Assembly (NCBI GenBank): GCA_002269645.1
Contig: NIVC01002134.1
Span: 34,513-98,512 of the forward strand
Source of the DNA: Macrostomum lignano
Lineage: Eukaryota
DNA: 64,000 nucleotides
Direction of reading: 5' to 3'
Positions 48,785 through 60,800 of the stretch are shown here, in pieces. The position numbers and the translations under genes are program-made. Positions within the stretch are counted from its first letter, which is position 1, and every line of letters starts with the position of its first letter. The notes below the pieces were generated by a model. It ran no database searches and had not been told where the DNA came from. It saw only the letters and a program-made list of their open reading frames with translations.

Positions 48785-51237
48785 ATGCGTTCAGATTCTT
48801 ATAGCTACAGACAAGTAGTCATTGTTTTTCTTCTGGATATCGTGCTGACATGGCACACTGGACGTGCTGACGAAGGTAATAATGCATACATGTAGTAAAA
48901 TTGAAAAAGGCTTGACGTCTTGACGCTTTGCTAAATTAGTTCAACTGTTTCATATTTTTAGCCAACTGCAGCCCTGCTCGTTATGTGCAGCACAACGAGA
49001 CTCTCTTCATCAACTCAACTATCGGTAGCAGACTCCTAAACTTTACTGAAGTGCCAACGGTGCAGCAGTGCCTGCTGATGTGTCGCATGCGGGCCTGCGC
49101 CGCCCTTGAGTTTTAAAAGCGTACATCTCGATGCCGCCTAGTAAAAGTGTCGCAGGTGCCGCCGAAACAACAAGGCTGGGTGATCAACAAAAAGAGAATC
49201 CTGACAAAGTCGGAGGGCACGGTTGTTATGAAAGTGGAAAACTTTGACGAGCTGATGAAACCGCATTACGCTCGGAGATTTCAGGGTGAGATCATATTGA
49301 CATTGACGCTGCTCATTTTTAAAGGTCAGCTATGATAACCAAAGGCGCTACACTCTCAGATTCTGCCAATCTCTCTAAAGGCCGGTTTTTTTGCCTCTAA
49401 GTGCAACAGTAAGACACGAATTTTTTGCATTAAACTTGCATTAAACATTTTGGACTATGGACTGATGTGCAACCAACAGTTCAGCCGCAGCTATTGTGCG
49501 GCGCATCTGAAGGCTGCGTACGGCTGTTCAGTCCAAGGACTGGGGGGTTGCCACACACACCCCTCATTGCCCCAGCTAATGCTGGCACCCATTTTACAGC
49601 TGGGTGAACTGAAGCAATGCAGATAGTTAAGTGTCTTGCTCACAGACACAAATTGTTCCGAGTGGGTTAGAACCGAAGCCTCGACCTTTGTCGTGAGTCC
49701 GACGCTCTAACCACTAGGCTACAACGATTTGCAAGTTCAGCATAAGCTAGTAAAGGAGCATTCGATTAATGTATATGAAATTTTCAAATATTAGTTAGTG
49801 ATTATGCTAACGCTACGTTAACAACACTTCAGCAACCGGCACAGGCAGGAACGGCAAAATTCAGCGAGAAGCGATCAAAGTGACCGGCTGCTACGAGATC
49901 GAAGTCAATGGTGCCAGAGGAGGGAGCTGTTCAGGAAATATTGGAGGCATGGGTGCCAAAACTGTTGGCCACTTCTTTTTGACGGACGGCACTGTACTTG
50001 GCATTCTGGTGGTAGGACAGGCCGGCACCGACTGCAGCCAAACGGTCCAAGTCGGCGGCGGCGGTGGCGGCAGCTTCGTGTTGCTGATGACGTCGAACGC
50101 TTCTTCGCTCCTAGTGGCGGCTGGCGGTGGCGGCGGTGCTTCTTCGACTAGTGCTGGTTAGTAAATTGATAAATTGACACTCCCTTATGCTGGCCATTAG
50201 TATTTACGAGCTATTGTTCCAATCGATATCGTCATTTCAAGTAATGCTGCGACTGTAGAATTTACTAGCGAGATTCGAACATTTCTGCTTTAAGTGTACT
50301 AAATTAGGTCATTGTCAAAATCAGCAAATAAGCTGCTGGTACATGTATGCGTTTAATCTGCAAGTTTGTTTAACTAAATTTTCTAATAACAGCCGGCTGA
50401 AAACGGAAAAAAGTGAAAGCAGCTATTTAGTTTCAGGGCGCCGTCTTAGGGGCGCCAGCACCAAGGGGCGTTTGCAGTACGCCCTGATACAAAGGAATTA
50501 CGTAGTCCATATAATAAAAATTACTACTATAGGCGCAATTATCTGCCTTTTCGGAGTTAGGGTAGGTGCATATTCCAGGGGCTTTTAGAATTAATCCTCA
50601 ACAAAACGCATTGGCTAAACAGACATCACAATAATAGTTCGTTGCAGAAACAATCAACCAGAGGGTACATACAAAAATGTACATGTAATACAGAAGCGCT
50701 TCTTTAATATCATTTCAAGGAAATCCCGGACTATCTGGTACAGCCGGCGGCAACTCGACCTCAAGAATGAACTACCGCGGCTATGGCGGCTCGGCTGGAG
50801 GACCAGGCTTTTTCAAAAACACCAGCTACATTGACTACTATCAAATAATAAAAACCATCGGCGGATGCGGCGCTGGCTGGCTGGGCAAGGCCACGGATTT
50901 TGGAGAGAACTATCAAAGCGGCCAACCTGGCGGCAGTCAAGCTGACAACTGGGTCGGCGGCATGGCTGGTGGCAGGGATGGCAACGGCGGCAACGGCGGC
51001 TTTGGAGGAGGTGGCGGCGGCGGCGGCGGCGGCGGCAGCGATGGATGGAGAGGCGGGGGCGGAGGAGGCGGCGGCGGCTTCAGCGGAGGCGGCGCTGGTC
51101 TCGGCCGAGGCCAGGCCGGCGGAGGCGGTGGCTCCTTTTGCTCAGCTGGCGACAGCTGCTTAGGCGAGACCGGTGGCAACTCGGACAGCGGGCACGGCTT
51201 TGTAAAGCTGCGTCTGCTGAGTGACGACTGCGAATGA
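48785..51237 (+). pseudogene. PAN/apple + ALK/LTK-type glycine-rich gene D (single in-frame stop)
   Basis: Exons 48785-48875, 48962-49285, 49833-50156, 50720-51237 with intact splice sites and frame; TAA at 49114-49116 inside the PAN exon. Confidence 0.7.
49464..49722 (-). mobile_element. tRNA-headed CORE-like SINE (family 2), second copy
   Basis: Minus strand TAGCCTAGTGG A box ... TGAGCAAGACACTTAAC...CAGCTGTAAAATGGG, resembling the CORE-SINE domain. Confidence 0.7.
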
Positions 51238-51779
51238 TTGAGTGTGCATGCAGCGTCAACAAAGCCAAACCAAGTCGTGAAGGAAGCGCCACGTCAACAA
51301 ACAAGCAAGATAGGTCTGCAGCTGCAGGGCATGAACTAGCGAAAGCAGAAGATTGAAAACAGAACACTCACACTTAAAACATTTGAAAATTTTGTGTCTG
51401 CAAGTACAAACCTATGTTTATGCTTATTGAATCTATGCTATTAAATCGTAAAATAGTATGATTATAAGCAATTGAAACTTCTGGAACTTCGTTCATTTCT
51501 GCACTATGTACTTTAATAAGTCGTTATGTTAAATATTGGTATTTTTTAATATTAGTTCTGAGCCATAGCCGTCTAATATATACACACTCAATTAAAAATT
51601 TATAATATTTAACTTGTTGTACCGCAAACTTGTATAAATACATGGGGGTACTAAAACTAAAATATATGAAACCCTTCTTTCTATTGCAGCACAGGACAAA
51701 ATTTGAACTCATTCATTTAAATTCGTTCCGTGAGCAGTCGCATTTTATCAACACTGGCTGAGACCAGTGTCACCAGTAT

Positions 51780-52155
51780 TTTATTATTTTATTAGAGGCA
51801 GGGGGGTTGTGTGCACCCTGGCGCACTTTAATTAGCGACATAGGCACACAACCGGCGAGAGGCATTACTGCCCATTCCGCCGACTCCCCTGAGCAGGCAT
51901 ACAAGCGCGCGGATACGTACGCAGGCACACACTCACACAGGAGTGTACAGCGACCCTAACTTTATTTTATCGTTAGGCATGTACACTGCACTGCACCTTG
52001 GGGGGTTTGGCTCTCAAGGCCGTTAATTGCACGAGCAGAGCCAAGCCGAGATTCCAATTCAGCCCCAAATTAATGTGACTGCACTTGGAATCGAGCCTGG
52101 GTCGCTGGCACACCAGAGCCTGCGCTAGACCGCTGGGCTACGGCCCCCCCCCCCT
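51780..52155 (-). mobile_element. tRNA-derived SINE (family 1), full-length
   Basis: tRNA-like head, A-rich tail, 13-bp TSD gtgtcaccagtat (51767-51779 and 52156-52168). Confidence 0.85.
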
Positions 52156-52647
52156 GTGTCACCAGTATGCTTAAAGCCTTTTTGAGAATTTTTTAATAAC
52201 TCACTTACTTGTGGAAGACTTGTATTTTTTGTACTTTTCAGTAAATATCACGTCTTTTAAAACCGAGCAGAGATAACTATTAATGGCTTAAATATCAAAG
52301 CGCTTTCAATTGCACCATATTATAATTACTAAATGAGCAGCCATTTGCACTTCAAATTTATTTGCATATCATAAAACTGTGACCGTTAGTAATTATAAAG
52401 TGATTAGCTTTAATAGCTTCATTGTAATAAATGCTACACTAAATTCAACTAACAATAAAAATGTCATTATAAGTCAAGTTTCACTCCAGTACCTCACCAC
52501 ATAAACTGGGTTAAAATTACTATAGATGTTTACAGACCATTATTGGTTTTGCTAGAAAGTTGATAAGTCAGGCAATGGAGTGTAGAATCTCCACTGGTCT
52601 TGCCCATAGACATAGACAGACATTGACGGAAAAAGGGAAACCCAGGT

Positions 52648-54650
52648 GATGATTCGGCCATAGACATCTCTCTCTATTTACCCAGTTGATGATTCGGCCA
52701 TAGACATCTCTCTCTATTTACCCAGTTGATGATTCGGCCATAGATATCTCTCTCTATTTACCCAGTTGATGATTCGGCCATAGACATCTCTCTCTATTTA
52801 CCCAGTTGATGATTCGGCCATAGACATCTCTCTCTATTTACCCAGTTGATGATTCGGCCATAGACATCTCTCTCTATTTACCCAGTTGATGATTCGGCCA
52901 TAGACATAGACATCTCTCTCTATCTACCCAGTTGATGATTCGGCCATAGACATCTCTCTCTATCTACCCAGTTGATGATTCGGCCATAGACATCTCTCTC
53001 TATTTACCCAGTTGATGATTCGGCCATAGACATCTCTCTCTATTTACCCAGTTGATGATTCGGCCATAGACATCTCTCTCTATCTACCCAGTTGATGATT
53101 CGGCCATAGACATCTCTCTCTATCTACCCAGTTGATGATTCGGCCATAGACATCTCTCTCTATCTACCCAGTTGATGATTCGGCCATAGAAATCTCTCTC
53201 TATCTACCCAGTTGATGATTCGGCCATAGATATCTCTCTCTATTTACCCAGTTGATGATTCGCCCATAGACATCTCTCTCTATTTACCCAGTTGATGATT
53301 CGCCCATAGACATCTCTCTCTATTTACCCAGTTGATGATTCGGCCATAGACATCTCTCTCTATTTACCCAGTTGATGATTCGGCCATAGACATCTCTCTC
53401 TATTTACCCAGTTGATGATTCGGCCATAGACATCTCTCTCTATTTACCCAGTTGATGATTCGGCCATAGACATAGACATCTCTCTCTATCTACCCAGTTG
53501 ATGATTCGGCCATAGACATCTCTCTCTATCTACCCAGTTGATGATTCGGCCATAGACATCTCTCTCTATTTACCCAGTTGATGATTCGGCCATAGACATC
53601 TCTCTCTATTTACCCAGTTGATGATTCGGCCATAGACATCTCTCTCTATCTACCCAGTTGATGATTCGGCCATAGACATCTCTCTCTATCTACCCAGTTG
53701 ATGATTCGGCCATAGACATCTCTCTCTATCTACCCAGTTGATGATTCGGCCATAGACATCTCTCTCTATCTACCCAGTTGATGATTCGGCCATAGATATC
53801 TCTCTCTATTTACCCAGTTGATGATTCGCCCATAGACATCTCTCTCTATTTACCCAGTTGATGATTCGCCCATAGACATCTCTCTCTATTTACCCAGTTG
53901 ATGATTCGGCCATAGACATCTCTCTCTATTTACCCAGTTGATGATTCGGCCATAGACATCTCTCTCTATTTACCCAGTTGATGATTCGGCCATAGACATC
54001 TCTCTCTATTTACCCAGTTGATGATTCGGCCATAGACATAGACATCTCTCTCTATCTACCCAGTTGATGATTCGGCCATAGACATCTCTCTCTATCTACC
54101 CAGTTGATGATTCGGCCATAGACATCTCTCTCTATTTACCCAGTTGATGATTCGGCCATAGACATCTCTCTCTATTTACCCAGTTGATGATTCGCCCATA
54201 GACATCTCTCTCTATCTACCCAGTTGATGATTCGGCCATAGACATCTCTCTCTATCTACCCAGTTGATGATTCGGCCATAGACATCTCTCTCTATCTACC
54301 CAGTTGATGATTCGGCCATAGACATCTCTCTCTATCTACCCAGTTGATGATTCGGCCATAGATATCTCTCTCTATTTACCCAGTTGATGATTCGCCCATA
54401 GACATCTCTCTCTATTTACCCAGTTGATGATTCGCCCATAGACATCTCTCTCTATTTACCCAGTTGATGATTCGGCCATAGACATAGACATCTCTCTCTA
54501 TCTACCCAGTTGATAATTCGGCCATAGACATCTCTCTCTATCTACCCAATTGATGATTCGGCCATAGACATCTCTCTCTATCTACCCAGTTGATGATTCG
54601 GCCATAGACATCTCTCTCTATCTACCCAGTTGATGATTCGGCCATAGACA
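52648..54650. repeat. 40-bp satellite array (~50 copies)
   Basis: Unit gatgattcggccatagacatctctctctatttacccagtt. Confidence 0.97.
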
Positions 54651-54867
54651 TCTCTCTCCAGACATCTCCCCCTCTCCCTTTATTTAACTTGCTGATAAAT
54701 GCAATACTATATCAACATATACCGGTATACTAAAGCTAGCCTTAGTAATGGTACCCAGTAAACTTCATTATTTAAACAGTAATAAGTCAGGTAACTTAAA
54801 ATAAGCATACAGAAATTCAAGTTATTTCATTCGTACAATATAATAGACTTGATTTGATTAGTAGAAG

Positions 54868-57800
54868 TCAGCCAGACTTCAACAGCAAGCCGTGCAGTAG
54901 GCAGTCGGCGCAGCGTAGCGGACAGCACAAACCGGACAGCTGTCCGAGGAGAGCGGCCTGTTTGTCCGGCTGGCCGGCAAGCAGCTGACGGAGCAGATGA
55001 GCGCAGCGCTGAGCCAGTTCCGTCTGACAGACTCGCTGCAGTACAGTGGCCGAAGGCAGGGCGGCTACGCGACTACACAGAGAGGTGAGGCTGGCTTGCG
55101 CCTCCTGCAATGCGTCATTAAAACAAATAAACGATTTACGGTGTTTTTGTAGATTATTTCATTATCAGATGATTAACAAAATATGATACTCGTAGTAAAG
55201 CAAGTGACTTATCGAGTTCAGTGACTGAACTAACATCAGTGACCTTGAGACTCATTCAGTGATTGAACTAACATCAGTGACCTTGGGACTCATTCAGTGA
55301 CTGAACTAACATCAGTGACCTTGGGACTCATTCAGTGACTGAACTATCATCAGTGACCTTGAGGTTCATTCAGTGACTGAGCTATCAGTGACCTTGAGAT
55401 TCTTTCAGTGACTGAACTAACATCAGTGACCTTGAGGTTCATTCAGTGACTGAGCTATCAGTGACCTTGGGATTCATTCAGTGACTGAGCTGTCAGTGAC
55501 CTTGGGATTCATTCAGTGACTGAGCTATCAGTGACCTTGGGATTCATTCAGTGACTGAACTAACATCAGTGACATTGAGACTCCTTCAGTGACTGAGCTA
55601 TCAGTGACCTTGAGATTCTTTCAGTGACTGAACTAACATCAGTGACCTTGAGATTCATTCAGTGACTGAGCTATCAGTGATTTTGAGATTCATTCAGTGA
55701 CTGAACTAACATCAGTGACCTTGAGATTCATTCAGTGACTGAACTAACATCAGTGACCTTGAGATTCATTCAGTGACTGAACTATCAGTGACCTTGGGAT
55801 TGATTCAGTGACTGAGCTATCAGTGACCTTGGGACTCATTCAGTGACTGAACTAACATCAGTGACCTTGGGACTCATTCAGTGACTGAAGTAACATCAGT
55901 GACCTTGGGATTCATTCAGTGGCTGAACTACCAGTGACCTTGGAATTCATTCAGTGACTGAACAAAAAAGAAGCAAACCAACAAACCTCAGGCTCCAGCT
56001 GTCTGTCTGTCTCGGCGCTATCCAGGCGATCCAACAGCTGCAAGAAGTCCAAGTACAGCTGGCCGCCCAGCTGCCAGTCCTGCCTGTCGCCAGCCAGCCG
56101 AGCAACTGGTGCCAGATGACGCCGAACTCGACTGAGCTGCCCGGCTACCAGCCAGCGCGGCGCCAGACTGTTCAGCAGGATGTCGTGCGCCGGTCGCCAC
56201 TGACCGGCTGCCAGCCAGTGTCGGGCCTCTCGACGCTGCCAATCGGCCAGGTTGACAGGTAATTGAGCGCCGTCGCTAATGTAGAAGCAGCGAGTTCGAC
56301 AGGCCAAGGCCCAGGCTGAGTGAAGCCAGTGGCGCGACAGGCCGAGCTGGTTGGTGAGGAAATTTTGCAGAGCCGGGTCGCGAACTGTGCCCAGGTGACG
56401 GCTCAGACAGGCGCTGACTGCTCGGGTTCTGCAGGGTTGGGATTTTGGGAATAAACCAGATTTTTCCCAGCGATTGGATCTAATAGACCGAATCGAATTG
56501 AAACTTTTTTGAATCCTCAAGTTGGAATTTGAATACTCAACTAGGGATCTGAATCCTCAATTGGGGATCTGAGTCCTTAATTAGGGATCTGAATCATCAA
56601 CTAGGGATCTGAGTCCTCAATTAGGGATCTAAATCCTCAATTAGGGATCTGAATCCTCAATTGGGGATCTGAGTCCTCAATTAGGGATCTGAATCCTCAA
56701 TTGGGGATCTGAGTCCTCAATTAGGGATCTGAATCATCAACTAGGGATCTGAGTCCTCAATTAGGGATCTGATTCCTCAATTAGGGATCTAAATCCTCAA
56801 TTAGGGATCTGAATCCTCAACTAGGGACCTGAATCCTCAATTAGGGATCTGAATCCTCAATTAGGGATCTGAATCCTCAATTAGGGATCTGAATCCTTAA
56901 TTAGGGATCTAAATCCTCAATTAAGGATCTGAATCCTCAATTAGGGACCTGAATCCTTAACTAGGGATCTAAATCCTCGATTGGGGATCTGAATCCTCAA
57001 TTAGGGATCTCAATCCTCAATTAAGGATCTGAGTCCTCAATTAGGGATCTGAATCATCAACTAGGGATCTGAGTCCTCAATTAGGGATCTAAATCCTCAA
57101 TTAGGGATCTAAATCCTCAATTAGGGATCTAAATCCTCAATTAGGGATCTGAATCCTCAATTAGGGATCTGAATCCTCAATTAGGGATCTAAATCCTCAA
57201 TTAGGGATCTGAATCCTCAATTAGGGATCTGAATCCTCAATTAGGGATCTAAATCCTCAATTGGGGATCTGAATTCTCAACTAGAGATATAAAAATCCTG
57301 TATTGAAACCCACAGAGCGATCTCTCACCTGGCTAAATCGTCGTCAATATGAAGCAGCACAAACAGGGCCCAGTCCCACAGTCCCTGGGACTCCAGTTTA
57401 GCCGCATAGCCGCAGTGCAGCGCCTGAGTGGCCGAGTCGGTGAGGTGGCTGTAGCCAATCGCGCGCAGACTGCGCCACAGATGCCAGGCGGGCCCAAAGT
57501 CGATGGGATCTGGACCGTAGCCGCGCGGATCCAACAGCCTAGCCAGCCGGTGGCTTCGTTTGCAGTGCAGGCGCACTAAATGATAGGCGGTGTCCCAGCG
57601 TGCGCCGCCGTGCTCCGGATTTAACGGCGGCGGCGGTGCGCCGGGCTCCGGCGATTTGAAGGCCGATTTGTAGGCGCGCAATGCCGGGCCAAGACCGTCG
57701 CCGTAGGGTACGGAGAACCACAGGTAGAGAGTGAATGCTCGGGTCCAGTCCATGCCCTCTGGATTGGTTGTTTTGCATCAGAGGAGGTGAACTTTCGATA

Positions 57801-60800
57801 CATATCGGCATATTGTAATTCATACGACAATACTTAGAAATTTTGTCTAGGATTTTCTTAGAAACGCATATTTTTTAAACTTACTAATTACCAAATTACT
57901 ATTATTTTGATACATATCGGCAAATCCAAGAGTACATTTAATATTAACTTTAAATCTCTAGAAGTCTAGTACAAAATTAAACTGTATTTTCTATACATAT
58001 CGGTAGACTGAAATGATAGTAGAACAGTCAAACACTTTTATGAAACTTATATTGGCTTTTGATACATATCTGATGCTAACCTGATGGCATAAACTTAAAA
58101 ATCAAAGTTGATTATATAAATACAATTTTCGATACATATCCGTAATTAATACTAATAGATATACCTGTCCCATTGACATCGCCAGCCAGGAGTCGATAGA
58201 GTCGCCAAACAGCTGGCGGTATAAAATCTTTTGCTCCAGTCTGCTGCCAACAGGCCACCTGCTGGGCCACCAGGTCGCGTACAGATTCCGAGTGCGGCTG
58301 GCCCAACAGCAGCGCCAGTCGGTAGTGGCGCCGTTTTAGCGCTAAAGCGCACGCCTCAGTGAACTGACCGGCGCTTAACAAGCGAAACACAGCCACGGCG
58401 CAATCGCCCTCACTGTCGGGATCTTCAACAGTCTGTTGCTGTTGCTGCTGCTGCTGCTGAAGTTCGGCAACAACTGGCCTTCGCTGAACCCATTCTGTGA
58501 AAGCCTCTTTCCGAGGCAACCGAGTCGCTAAGAATTCGTCCTGCGGCAGATGCTGCTGCTGCTCACCACCAGCTGCATCAGAAGACGCAACCGTCGAGGA
58601 TTTCAACGGAGCCCAGAGCGCTCGAGTGAGGCTGAGCAGGCGGGACAGGACACTGTCAGGCTGGGACTCCAGCTCGGCCAGGTACTGGGTCAGGGGTTCG
58701 AGTCCCGGCTCCGGAGACCATCTAGGGCATTGAAGAAGACTCTGCTGGCTGCCTCGGTCGGACACGGAGGTGTCGAGAGCAGCATTGAGCAGATTCTCTT
58801 CGTGTACGCTGGCCTCGCGACTCGACTCGGGAGCGAACACGCTGGTCAAGTGAATCTGCAAATTAATTTCAATATGCATTAAAAGACACTTAAATTCTAA
58901 CAATACTACTTATTAATAAATCGCATTCAGTTGAGTTGTTTCGCAAAAATTAGAAACTCCGATATGTATCGAAAATAAATATAATCAACAACGCAAGTTT
59001 ACCAGACGTGACAAAAGGTGCCAAGTATTATAGTATAAGTAAGCAACTATACTCACGATACTACTGAACTTCAGATCTGAGGAAAACTGAAGAAACTCTG
59101 AAGAGTCCCGACATGTATCGAAAGATACAAAAGTCCAGTGACATATAAAAAATTGGCAGTAAATAATTTCGGAAAAATTGTTGACTCACTAGTTTCTGAG
59201 ATGTGATGCATTCCGTTGTAGCTTCAAAACCCCGATATGTATCGAAAACAAATATACATAAAAACACTAATTCAACGAATCTCGAAACCATGATTGTAAG
59301 CAATGCCATTGATACTACTTTTGTACTTAGCATATGAATTAGTACTCGTACGAAAATATAGAACAAATCCGATATGTATCGACAGAACAACTATAGTAGT
59401 AACAAATTAACCAACTCTGGTCCTGATGACATTTCAACCGAATTACACTTAAATATACAAAACTGCTAATAATACTACTTATCTACTCTTATACGCACTG
59501 AAAAAAACTTTTCAAAAAAGGAGGAAATCCCCGATATGTATCGAAAGATACAAAACTCTAACTAAATGAAACCAAAATTTTTATGTTTAATGTTTTCTTC
59601 GTTTCTACACATTAGTGTTTACTGAACCCGATATGTATCGAAAAACTATTATAACAATAAAAGTTTAATCAGTTTTACTGAATTACACTTAATTACACAA
59701 AAACGGCTAAAACGCTAATAATACTACTTATCTATTTTTTCGCGCCGATATAAAGCATAATTTAGATACAAAAAGCTATTGAAAAACGAATGCCAATATG
59801 TATCGAAAACAAATATACATATATAAATATCGAATACCAACCCTGGGTCCATCGATAGCTAGCAGTTCTCCGGACGGTCCCCAAGAGACGCGGCGAGACC
59901 TGCTACGCCAGAAGGCGACATCGGCCAGACTAAAATCGGCCGCGCATTGTCGCAAGTCGCCACCGCCGCCACCGTAGCCGGCAAAGCTGAGCTTCACAGA
60001 TTCGGGAAACCTCAGCCGAGCAGCTGGCCTAGCCGGCATCGAGGACGGCACCGGAGACTCCGGGGCGAAGGCGAATTCCATTGGTTTCACTCGCAATGGC
60101 GATTGGGTTGGCAGGCCTGGACCAAGATGTTGCTGCTGCTGCTGCTGCTGGCCAGTACGACGCAGCTTCGATGGTGATGGGGAGGTCGATAGCAGGCCAG
60201 TCGGTGAGGCTAAGAACGACCGACGAGAGTCCACGTAAGACAGTTGCTGTTGGGAATACATTTATCTGTCTGCGGCATGCAGTCATGAGGAGCAGGTCAT
60301 GAATTGCTGGGAAAAACTTTAATAAACCGTTATACATTACTAACTTGTCAGGTCTAATAAATCTGACTTGTCAGATCTATTAAATCTGACTGTCAGGTCT
60401 ATTAAATATTACTTGTCAGGCCTATTAAATCTGACTTGTCAGGTCTATAAGTCTGACTGTCAGGTCTATTAAATCTGACTTGTCAGGTGTAGTAAATCTG
60501 GCTTGTCAGGTCTATTAAATCTGACTTGTCAGGTCTATTAAATCTGACTTGTCAGGTGTATTAAATCTGACTTGTCAGGTCTATTAAATCTGACTTGTCA
60601 GGTGTATTAAATCTGACTTGTCAGGTCTATTAAATCTGACTTGTCAGGTCTATTAACTCTGACTTGTCAGGTCTATTAAATCTGACTTGTCAGGTGTATT
60701 AAATCTGACTTGTCAGGTCTATTAAATCTGACTTGTCAGGTCTATTAACTCTGACTTGTCAGGTCTATTAAATCTGGCTTGTCAGGTCTACTAACTTTGA

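Noticed and set aside
50434-50483. Short cagggcg...cgccctg inverted repeat
   Set aside because: Only 7-bp ends and no TSD found; cannot be supported as an element
34504-51237. Calling the glycine-rich genes ALK/LTK orthologs
   Set aside because: No MAM, LDLa, EGF, TM or kinase exons; they stop directly after the glycine-rich domain
52648-54650. Possible CRISPR array
   Set aside because: No unique spacers, eukaryotic context and no cas genes; a plain tandem satellite
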